Shown here: piece by piece, positions 18,082-26,296 of the stretch
Numbering within the stretch: position 1 is the stretch's first letter
Layout: every line of letters starts with the position of its first letter
From: Methanomassiliicoccales archaeon
GTDB lineage: Archaea > Thermoplasmatota > Thermoplasmata > Methanomassiliicoccales > UBA472
Direction of reading: 5' to 3'
Assembly (NCBI GenBank): GCA_036677555.1
Contig: JAVBWG010000011.1
Coordinates: 87,497-151,496, forward strand
DNA: 64,000 bases
The notes under the pieces: model-generated
What the model saw: only the letters and a program-made list of their open reading frames with translations
Database searches by the model: none
Told to the model about the DNA's origin: nothing
Translations under genes and position numbers: made by a program

Positions 18082-19044
18082 TTGAGCAAGAAGACCATGG
18101 TCCTGGGCGCCACCGGCCAGATAGGATCGGAGCTCATCCTGGAGCTGAGGAAGCGGTTCGGCGGGAAGAACGTCGTCGGCGTCGGCCACAGCCGAACGCC
18201 CTCCAAGGAGGTCCTGGGGTCCGGACCGTACGAGACCGGGAACGTTTTGGACGCCGGACGCGTGGTGGAGCTGTGCGACAAGCACGACGTGGGGACGATC
18301 TACCATCTGGCGGCGGTCCTCTCCGGCGTCGGGGAGAAGGACCCCCAGTTCGCCTGGGACCTCAACATGAACGGTCTCATCAACGTTCTGGAAGCGGCCC
18401 GGAAAAGGGACATCAAGGTGTTCTGGCCCTCCTCTATAGCCGTGTTCGGGAACAACTGCCCCCGCCTGAACACGCCGCAGGATACCGTGCTGCAGCCGAC
18501 CACCATGTACGGCGTCACCAAGGTCGCCGGCGAGCTGCTGTGCGATTACTATCACCGCAAGTACGGGGTAGATGTGCGCAGCGTGCGTTACGCGGGCATC
18601 ATCAGCGCCGAGACGCCCCCGGGCGGCGGCACGACCGATTATGCGGTGGCGATATTCTACGAGGCGGTGCGCAACAACCATTACACCTGCTTCGTCAACG
18701 AACGGACGGTGCTGCCGATGATGTACATGCCCGACTGCATCAATGCCGCAATAGGGATAATGGAGGCGCCCTCCGAAAAGCTGACCACCAGGCTGGGATA
18801 CAACCTAAACGGGCTGAGCTTTTCCGCGGCGGAGCTTGCCGATGCGGTCAGGGAACGCAGCCCGGGTTTCACCATCAGTTACGAGCCGGACTTCCGTCAG
18901 GCGATAGCGGACTCCTGGCCGGACTCCATGGACGATTCCCGCGCTGCGCGGGACTGGGGCTGGAAGGCTGAATGGGGATTGGAACGATTGGCGGATGACA
19001 TGTTCGTCAAGCTCCGCAAGCGCAAGGCCGAGGGGAAGCTATAG
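18082..19044 (+). CDS. L-threonine 3-dehydrogenase (extended SDR / GalE-like)
   Basis: GATGQIG, 'PSSIAVFG', YGVTK, 'PGGGTTDYA'; adjacent to the kbl-like gene. Confidence 0.88.
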   Translation: MSKKTMVLGATGQIGSELILELRKRFGGKNVVGVGHSRTPSKEVLGSGPYETGNVLDAGRVVELCDKHDVGTIYHLAAVLSGVGEKDPQFAWDLNMNGLINVLEAARKRDIKVFWPSSIAVFGNNCPRLNTPQDTVLQPTTMYGVTKVAGELLCDYYHRKYGVDVRSVRYAGIISAETPPGGGTTDYAVAIFYEAVRNNHYTCFVNERTVLPMMYMPDCINAAIGIMEAPSEKLTTRLGYNLNGLSFSAAELADAVRERSPGFTISYEPDFRQAIADSWPDSMDDSRAARDWGWKAEWGLERLADDMFVKLRKRKAEGKL

Positions 19045-19091
19045 CGAGCATAGATTAATCCGGCTGCTCGACGCTCCTGGACCGGGACATC

Positions 19092-20285
19092 ATGAGAGAC
19101 CCCACCTCGTTCCTCAGGAAGGAGTACCAGGACCTTGTCGATCAATCGTTGGATTGGCGCATAGCCAAGCTGCAGGGGGCCAGTACGCCATGGTGCAACG
19201 TCGACGGCAAGAGGGTGCTCATGTTCTGTTCGAACAATTATCTCAGTCTGAGCAATCATCCTCACATGAAAGAACTGGCGAAGAAGGCCATCGACACCCA
19301 TGGCGTTGGTTCCGGTTCCGTGCGGCCGATAGCCGGAACGATGGACCTGCACCTGGAGCTGGAGGAGCGCCTGGCCAGGTTCAAGCGACGACCTGCCTCG
19401 CTCGTGTACCAAACGGGCTTCGCTGCCAATTCCGGCCTGATCCCCCAGCTTGCGGGCAAGGGCGACCTGATAATCTCGGATGAGCTGAACCACGGCAGCA
19501 TAATCGACGGCGTGCGCCTCACGTCGGCCGACCGGGCTATTTACAAGCACTGCGACACGGACGATCTGGCATCGAAGCTGGAGGAGGCGGAGCGCAGGGA
19601 CCCTGCCTATCGCCGGGTTCTGATAATCACCGATGGCGTGTTCTCCATGGACGGGGACATGGCGCCCCTGGATCGGATAGCGAAATTGGCCAAGGACCAT
19701 GGCGCGATGCTGTACGTGGACGACGCGCATGGTGAGGGAGTGCTGGGCGAAGGCGGCCGCGGCATCGTCTCGCACTTCGGGCTGGACCACAATGACGTGC
19801 AGGTGGAGATGGGGACCTTCTCCAAGGCTTTCGGCGTCGTTGGCGGCCATGTCTCAGGATCGGTCGATCTCAAGAACTTCGCCCTGAACCGGTCACGGAC
19901 ATGGCTGCTCAGCGGATCCCATCCTCCGGCGGTGGCCGCCGCCTGCATCGGAGCGATCGACGTTTTGGAAAAGGAACCGCAGCATGTGCGGAACCTTTGG
20001 GCCAGGACCAATTATTTCCGCAAGGCCATGCAGGACCTGGGCTTCGACACTGGCCGTTCGGTCACCCCGATCATACCGGTGATGGTGGGCGACAGCGCGA
20101 AGGCCAAACGCCTTAGCGAGAGGCTGTACCAGGAGGGCATCTTCGCCCTGCCGATAGTCTTCCCCATGGTGGCCAAGGACAAGGCCCGTATACGAACCAT
20201 AATGAACGCCGCGCTCACCGATGAGGACCTGGACTTCGCCATCGGCAGGTTCGAGAACATCGGGAAGGAGCTGGGGATCATCTGA
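19092..20285 (+). CDS. kbl: Glycine C-acetyltransferase (2-amino-3-ketobutyrate CoA ligase), AOS/BioF family
   Basis: 'CSNNYL', 'SDELNHGSIIDG', 'DGVFSMDGD', 'DDAH', PLP Lys in 'GTFSKA'. Confidence 0.85.
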   Translation: MRDPTSFLRKEYQDLVDQSLDWRIAKLQGASTPWCNVDGKRVLMFCSNNYLSLSNHPHMKELAKKAIDTHGVGSGSVRPIAGTMDLHLELEERLARFKRRPASLVYQTGFAANSGLIPQLAGKGDLIISDELNHGSIIDGVRLTSADRAIYKHCDTDDLASKLEEAERRDPAYRRVLIITDGVFSMDGDMAPLDRIAKLAKDHGAMLYVDDAHGEGVLGEGGRGIVSHFGLDHNDVQVEMGTFSKAFGVVGGHVSGSVDLKNFALNRSRTWLLSGSHPPAVAAACIGAIDVLEKEPQHVRNLWARTNYFRKAMQDLGFDTGRSVTPIIPVMVGDSAKAKRLSERLYQEGIFALPIVFPMVAKDKARIRTIMNAALTDEDLDFAIGRFENIGKELGII

Positions 20286-21345
20286 TCCCGTAACCTTTCA
20301 GCATGCGGCAGATGCGATAGGATAGCCACTCCCTGTCCTCCGTCCTGCCGGGCCTCCCCTCCTCCAGGTCCCAGAGGCCGTCGCCGCTCTGGTTGCCGAC
20401 GAACCAGGAGATCCCCATGGCCACGTTGTCATCGTTCCCGTCATATCCCATACTGTGCAATATCTCCAGGGCGGTGAGCAGGTTGGGCCACCATCCCACG
20501 AACCTGGTCCAGTAGCGGGGTTCCTGGTAGGATCTGTAGTGGTCCGGCATGAAGAAGCTGCGCTTGAGCAGCTCGGCGGCCCCTCGGGCTCGCTGGTCGT
20601 TGCGGTAGCGGGGATGGGCGGCGAAGGCCCTCAGCACCATGTCGGTCCAGTTGTGCGAGGACGGGCAGCCGGGATCGGGAGGGATCGGCCTCTCGTTGCC
20701 GACGGTGGCCACGGATATCTCCTTCCAGCTCAGGCCCCTGGTCAGCACAGGGATTGTCCATCCACCGTCGTGCTGCCTCATTCTGAGAAGCCATTCCATC
20801 CCCCTCTCCACCCTGTCATCCTCCGCGTACCCCGCTCGGATGAGCAGGGAGAGCATTTCGCCGGTGTAGTAGGTGGCATATTGCCCCCCGATCATCCCCC
20901 GCAGGTCTCCCTCCTCCGTCTGGGTCGAAAATAGGTACTCGGCGGCCATGGCCACCTCGGGCACCTGCCTCCCCAGCCCATACCTGTGGACCAGACTCCG
21001 GAAGTTCTTGTAGGAGATGACCAATCTGGCGTGCTGGTCCGGGAGGTGGCCCTTGGGAGGGGGCCATGAGCCGTCGGCGCCTTGGGTCCGGAGGGATCGC
21101 CTCACCTCCCGGCATTCCAGGGCGGCCTTGGAGGTGTCCCGGTCCAAGTCCAACAGATGCTTCTCGACGAAGAGAGGAAGAATGCCGCCAGCGGAGAGAA
21201 GGCGGTCCGTGGGATCGATGGATAGCCGCCGCACGCGCTGCATGGTGCAGAATTCGCCGAACATGGCATAACTTTGACGTTCCTGTTGAAAGCAGGATGA
21301 GGGCCGGTGGCGGAACAGGCCATGCGGGCTGGACGAACACTCCAT
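20278..21345 (-). CDS. Prenyltransferase/squalene-oxidase (QW) repeat protein; true start probably downstream (~21266 or 21244)
   Basis: Repeated 'Q..DGSW', 'QHDGGW' and 'QSGDGLW' motifs. Confidence 0.75.
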   Translation of the reverse strand: MECSSSPHGLFRHRPSSCFQQERQSYAMFGEFCTMQRVRRLSIDPTDRLLSAGGILPLFVEKHLLDLDRDTSKAALECREVRRSLRTQGADGSWPPPKGHLPDQHARLVISYKNFRSLVHRYGLGRQVPEVAMAAEYLFSTQTEEGDLRGMIGGQYATYYTGEMLSLLIRAGYAEDDRVERGMEWLLRMRQHDGGWTIPVLTRGLSWKEISVATVGNERPIPPDPGCPSSHNWTDMVLRAFAAHPRYRNDQRARGAAELLKRSFFMPDHYRSYQEPRYWTRFVGWWPNLLTALEILHSMGYDGNDDNVAMGISWFVGNQSGDGLWDLEEGRPGRTEDREWLSYRICRMLKGYGIR

Positions 21346-21503
21346 CGAAAGGTTATTTTTATACTAGTATCCATTATTAATTATCATAATTTTAGGCATA
21401 TGGAATATCAATTAAAAATTTACTAGATGTTTGACTAATAAATTTATATAAAAACAACAAGCGTCTATTCAGTCCCCTTCAAACGGTTTCAGGTGAGATC
21501 ACG

Positions 21504-23462
21504 ATGGAAGCGAACGATAGCGGTGAGCCCGCATTATCTACCATGTTCAATGCCAAGTTCGAAGCCCACCAGGGCATGGCCGCGGAGCTTGAGGCGATGC
21601 GCATCCCTGACCTGAGGGTGGTGGCCGGAAGGGGGGAGATCGAGCTTTACTGCAGAGACCAGGCCGATGTTCCTCAGATGCTCAAGGACGTTCTCATACG
21701 CTACGTCCCGGACCTGGTCGTGCAGCCCTGCACCCCGGAGGCGGCTGTGGCTGCCCTGGGTTTCGCCAAGGCCCGCGGGCTGCCGGTCGTTCCCCGCGGG
21801 TCCGGGTCCTCCCCCTTCGGAGGATCCGTCCCGGTGAACGGAGGCATGGTCCTGGACGCCGGAAACCTGGACCGGGTGCTCTCCGTAGACAGGGAGAGGA
21901 AGCTGGTGAAGGTCCAGGGAGGATGCCGCTGGGCCGACGTGGACCACGTTCTCTCGCCGCACGGCCTCCGGCTGATGAGCTGCCCCTCCAGCCGGTTCTC
22001 GACCGTGGCCGGCTGGATCTCCGGAGGAGGATTGGGAGTCGGCTCGCTGGGCGGCGGGCACCTCAGGGACATAGTGATCTCGGTGAGGCTGGCCACCCCG
22101 GCGGGCCTGATCACCCTCCAGACGCCGCAGGAGGATTTCCTGGCGGTGTTCGGAAGCGAGGGACAGCTGGGCATCATCGTGGAGGCCACGCTGAGGGTCA
22201 AGGAGAAGGATGAGGGCTCTACGCCACATCTGCTGCTGTTCGGGGACCTCGACCATGCGGTGGACGCGGCAGAGCGTCTGCGCCGGCTCTCCCCTCTGCC
22301 GGAGGACCTTATCTACTTCTCACCTGGAAAGCTGAGGTACGCCAACAAGCTCCTGCACGGCGATCATTTCGGAGATGGGCATGCACTGCTGGTCACATCT
22401 GCGGACAGGACCTCGGAGAAGGCCCTCCGGGAACTGCTGGGCTCCATGGGAGTGGTTGAGGAGAAGAAGTATCAGGCCCGCCTGCTCTGGCATGAGCGCT
22501 ACTTCCCGATGAAGCTCCGCCGCCTGGGCCCAGGCATGATGGGCGCGGAGGTCCTGGCGCCCATGGACCGGCTGAAGGACATCCTGCACCGGGCCGAGGA
22601 TCTCTGCCGGGAGTTCGACCTGGACCCCCTGCTGGAGGTGCACTTCGTCCGCGGCAGGGAGTCGCTCCTGCTGTGCTATTACCTCACCGACCAGGTGAAC
22701 CAGTCCGCTTACACCCTGGACGCCGCGAAGTCCATGGTGGTCACCTCCTCCCTGATCGGACTGGGGGCGAGGCCCTACTCCCTGGGGGTATGGAACAACT
22801 CCTTCGCCGACAGCTGGCCGGCGGAGGAGATGGACCGCCTCAGGAAGGCGAAGGACAAGTACGACCCGTCCGGCATCATGAACCCTGGGAAGTACTTCGC
22901 GCTCAGGGGCCGCCTGTTCGGTATGGCCGGGATGCTGTTCGGCCCGTCCGGGTCCGGGGCGGCGTTCGAGATGATGGCCAGGCTGCACTCGCCCCTGGGG
23001 GCGGCTTTCCGTTCCCTGTCTTCATTCTCCAGGAGGGCCATGGGCCCCAGGGAGCGCGATCCCCTCGTGCAGATGGCCAACCAATGCGCCATGTGCGGGG
23101 CCTGCGTGAGCGTCTGCCCCGCCTACGCCCTGACCATGGACGAGAGGGTCACCGCCCGCGGCAAGCTGCTGACCGCCAAGGCCCTGGTCGGCGGAAAGGA
23201 GATAACCAGGGAGCACGCCCACCGGACCTTCCTGTGCATGCGGTGCAAGGCCTGCGAGCAGGTCTGCCAGTCCAAACTGGAACTGATACTGGCGTACGAG
23301 GAGCTGGAAGCCCGCCTGGAAAGGCAGCACGGTAAGGACGGGGCGGAGATAGAGCGTTTCGTGCGCGCCGCCGAGGCAAGCCCCCGATACGAGGAGATGG
23401 TGGCCCGCGGACTGGTGCTCGGCGCCCCGAAGAACGCCATGGGAGGCGATCGCCGTGTATGA
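21504..23462 (+). CDS. FAD-binding oxidoreductase (GlcD/Dld family) with a C-terminal 4Fe-4S domain
   Basis: 'PRGSGSSPFGG', 'GSEGQLGII', 'DPSGIMNPGK', CAMCGACVSVCP and CMRCKACEQVC. Confidence 0.88.
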   Translation: MEANDSGEPALSTMFNAKFEAHQGMAAELEAMRIPDLRVVAGRGEIELYCRDQADVPQMLKDVLIRYVPDLVVQPCTPEAAVAALGFAKARGLPVVPRGSGSSPFGGSVPVNGGMVLDAGNLDRVLSVDRERKLVKVQGGCRWADVDHVLSPHGLRLMSCPSSRFSTVAGWISGGGLGVGSLGGGHLRDIVISVRLATPAGLITLQTPQEDFLAVFGSEGQLGIIVEATLRVKEKDEGSTPHLLLFGDLDHAVDAAERLRRLSPLPEDLIYFSPGKLRYANKLLHGDHFGDGHALLVTSADRTSEKALRELLGSMGVVEEKKYQARLLWHERYFPMKLRRLGPGMMGAEVLAPMDRLKDILHRAEDLCREFDLDPLLEVHFVRGRESLLLCYYLTDQVNQSAYTLDAAKSMVVTSSLIGLGARPYSLGVWNNSFADSWPAEEMDRLRKAKDKYDPSGIMNPGKYFALRGRLFGMAGMLFGPSGSGAAFEMMARLHSPLGAAFRSLSSFSRRAMGPRERDPLVQMANQCAMCGACVSVCPAYALTMDERVTARGKLLTAKALVGGKEITREHAHRTFLCMRCKACEQVCQSKLELILAYEELEARLERQHGKDGAEIERFVRAAEASPRYEEMVARGLVLGAPKNAMGGDRRV

Positions 23463-24813
23463 GAGGTATCACATCCACACCGAGGTGACGCCGGGAAGGC
23501 ACAGGCCGGTCCCCCGGTTCCTGGTCCGCAGGGCTGACAACTGCATGAACTGCGGGAAGTGCGAGAGAGCATGCGTGTACAACGCGCATAAGCGGAGCGC
23601 GGAGGACCCCAGGAAGATGGCGGAACCGGACAGCACCCTGTGCAAGAACTGCTTCCGCTGCGTGGTGGAGTGCCCGCAGAGGGCCCTCTCCATCAGGGTG
23701 AACGAAGAGTACAAGGATCTCGGCCACGGCGTGTGGACCCCGGTGCGGGTGACCACCATGTGGAACGAGGCGGAGAACGCCAAGATCCCTGTGCTGGGCG
23801 CGGGGTACCGCGGCAACTTCTCCGGACCGGGCTTCGATGCCATGTGGACCGACATGTCCGAGATCGTTCGCCCCACCAGGGACGGCATCCATGGCCGGGA
23901 GTTCATATCCACCGCGGTGGACCTGGGGCGCAAGCCCGGGCTGCTCGCCTTCGACGGGGAGGGGCGGCTCGCTACGCCGTTGAGCGCCATCATCGACCTG
24001 CCGGTCCCGTTCCTGCTGGATGCCTCGCGCCTGGACGCGACTCCGGAGCAGCTCAAGGGATTGGCAGGCGCGGCCTCCGGGCTGGGAACGCTGCTGGTCC
24101 TGCCTTTGGACAGGGTTAGCGAACTCAGGGGTGCCGAGGCGCTCCTGGTTCCGGTGCTTTCCAAGCCTGACGACGCCAAGAATCTGCCCAAGGAGGTCAG
24201 GATGGCCGAGCTGCGCTGGTCCGAGGAATGGAGAGAATGGCTGAGGGCCGTTCGCTCCGAACGCCAGGACCTGGTGGTGGCCGTGCGGTTCGATCCGTCC
24301 TCGGTCCCCGATGCGGCGATCGAGCAAATGGCAAGGGAGGCCGACGTGCTGCACGTGCTCTTCGGCGAGAGCGGCATGGACGCCGGCGGGAGATACGCCC
24401 GGGACGCCATGCGCCAGCTGCACCGCCGCCTGGTGTCCGCCGGCCTGCGGGACGGCGTCACCATCATATCCTCCGGCGGCCTGGCCGCGGCGGAGATGGT
24501 GCCCAAAAGCATCATCTGCGGGGCTGATGCGGTCACCCTGGAGACGGCCTTGAAGGTGGGATTGGGCTGCCACGCCTGTCCGGAGTGCAGGGAAGGATGC
24601 TCCTCCAACGTGCGGAGCGCCCCGGCCGAGTTCGTGAGGCAGAGGGTGATCAACCTGTGCAGCGCCTGGAGGGACCAGATGCTGGAGATGCTGGGCGCCA
24701 TGGGCATCCGCGAGGTGCGCCGCCTCAGGGGCGAGACCGGACGTGCGATATTCGAGGAGGATGCCCTGAGGGATGCCTTCAGCGGCATCGAGGGAGGTGC
24801 TGGTCATGACTGA
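23455..24813 (+). CDS. Glutamate synthase-related protein: ferredoxin + degenerate FMN-barrel (GltB2-like paralog)
   Basis: Two CxxCxxC clusters, 'GPGFDAMWTDMSEIVRPTRDGIHGREFIST' and 'GAMGIREVRRLRGE'. Lacks the AQGAKPG motif. Confidence 0.85.
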   Translation: MYERYHIHTEVTPGRHRPVPRFLVRRADNCMNCGKCERACVYNAHKRSAEDPRKMAEPDSTLCKNCFRCVVECPQRALSIRVNEEYKDLGHGVWTPVRVTTMWNEAENAKIPVLGAGYRGNFSGPGFDAMWTDMSEIVRPTRDGIHGREFISTAVDLGRKPGLLAFDGEGRLATPLSAIIDLPVPFLLDASRLDATPEQLKGLAGAASGLGTLLVLPLDRVSELRGAEALLVPVLSKPDDAKNLPKEVRMAELRWSEEWREWLRAVRSERQDLVVAVRFDPSSVPDAAIEQMAREADVLHVLFGESGMDAGGRYARDAMRQLHRRLVSAGLRDGVTIISSGGLAAAEMVPKSIICGADAVTLETALKVGLGCHACPECREGCSSNVRSAPAEFVRQRVINLCSAWRDQMLEMLGAMGIREVRRLRGETGRAIFEEDALRDAFSGIEGGAGHD

Positions 24814-26296
24814 CGGCCATGAATGCGTGCCGGAGGCCTCGTGGATACCTTCGGTTAGGCTCAAGTTCGTTAATCGCTTCAGAGTGGAGAGGAAGGACTC
24901 CTGCATCTCCTGCGGGCTGTGCGAATCGCTCTGCCCCCATGGCGTCCACAGGCGCGTGGAAGGGCATGCCAAGGTGCTTCCGCCGTACGACCAGAGGTGC
25001 ATCGGCCCTTCCTGCCAGAGCAACGCCTACTTCTGCGTCTCCCATTGCCCGACCGGATCGCTGAGCGTCCGGCCGAGCGAGACGTTCGGCGCCCTGGGGG
25101 ACGTACGATGGACCACGGACATGATATTGGCCACCTGGAAGATGGCGGAGACCGGAGACATGCTCCCGTTGGACCATGCAGGCAACGTCGGAAGCTCCGG
25201 GGGCGGCTTCGACCGTCTCCATTTCAAACTGGGGAGCGTGCCGGAAAAGGTCGACTACGGCGAGTTCAGCACGGCCATCGAGCTCAATCGCCGGGAGGGG
25301 GAGCGCAGGCGCATATCCATCCCCGTCTACGGGGGCGGGATGTCCTACGGCTCGGTGTCGCTGCACACCATGGTCGCCAGGGCCAAGGCGGCCCAGGCCT
25401 GGGGCACCTACACCTGCACGGGCGAGGGCGGATATCCGGCCGAGCTCCTGCCCTATCAGAACAACGTAGTGACCCAGATCGCAACCGGCCTCTTCGGGGT
25501 AAAGGAGGAGACCATCATGCGGACGCCCATGGTGGAGTTCAAGTACGCCCAGGGGGCCAAGCCTGGACTGGGCGGCCATCTGCTTGGGGATAAGAACACC
25601 CCGCTGGTGGCCAAGATGAGGGAGGCCGTGCCGGGCACCTCGCTCTTCTCCCCCTTCCCGTTCCACAGCGTTTATTCCGTCGAAGACCACAAGAAGCACC
25701 TGGACTGGATAGCCTCCATCAATCCGAGGGCGCTGCTCTCGGTGAAGGTATCCACGCCCAACGACGTGGAGATGGTGGCCATCGGCTCGTACTACGCCGG
25801 GGCGCACATCGTCCATCTGGACGGGGGGTACGGCGGCACCGGGGCGGCGCCGGAGATAGCCAAGAAGAACATCGCCATGCCCATCGAGTACGCCATACCC
25901 AAGGTGCATCGCTTCCTGACCAACGAGGGGGTGAGGGAGAGCGTCACCCTGATCGCCAGCGGAGGGATGCGCACGGCCATGGATGTGGCCAAGGCCATAG
26001 CCCTGGGGGCGGACGGCGTGGTCATCGGGACCGCGGAGCTGGTGGCCCTGGGCTGCGTGCGATGCGGGAACTGCGAGTCCGGAAGGGGATGCCCGCGGGG
26101 GATCGCCACCACCGACCCGGTTCTCTATCTGCAGATGGACATCGACTGGGGCGCTCAGCGCCTGATAAACCTGTTCTCGGCCTGGCGGAAGCAGTGGTGC
26201 CATCTCCTGGCGGCGTTCGGCATGAAGGACATAACCGAACTGCGCGGCCGCACCGACCTGCTGATGTATGACGGAGAAAAGGAGGGGAGGGTATGA
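24806..26296 (+). CDS. Glutamate synthase FMN-binding subunit with an N-terminal ferredoxin (archaeal GltB2 type)
   Basis: 'MSYGSVS', 'TGEGG', 'EFKYAQGAKPGLGGHL', 'DGGYGGTGAAP', 3Fe-4S 'CVRCGNC..GRGCPRGIAT'. Confidence 0.92.
   Translation: MTDGHECVPEASWIPSVRLKFVNRFRVERKDSCISCGLCESLCPHGVHRRVEGHAKVLPPYDQRCIGPSCQSNAYFCVSHCPTGSLSVRPSETFGALGDVRWTTDMILATWKMAETGDMLPLDHAGNVGSSGGGFDRLHFKLGSVPEKVDYGEFSTAIELNRREGERRRISIPVYGGGMSYGSVSLHTMVARAKAAQAWGTYTCTGEGGYPAELLPYQNNVVTQIATGLFGVKEETIMRTPMVEFKYAQGAKPGLGGHLLGDKNTPLVAKMREAVPGTSLFSPFPFHSVYSVEDHKKHLDWIASINPRALLSVKVSTPNDVEMVAIGSYYAGAHIVHLDGGYGGTGAAPEIAKKNIAMPIEYAIPKVHRFLTNEGVRESVTLIASGGMRTAMDVAKAIALGADGVVIGTAELVALGCVRCGNCESGRGCPRGIATTDPVLYLQMDIDWGAQRLINLFSAWRKQWCHLLAAFGMKDITELRGRTDLLMYDGEKEGRV

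Noticed and set aside
21345..21503. NrpR operator upstream of the glutamate synthase-like operon
   Set aside because: The closest match, GGAA-TATCAA-TTAA, does not fit GGAA-N6-TTCC; only an AT-rich divergent promoter region is supportable.
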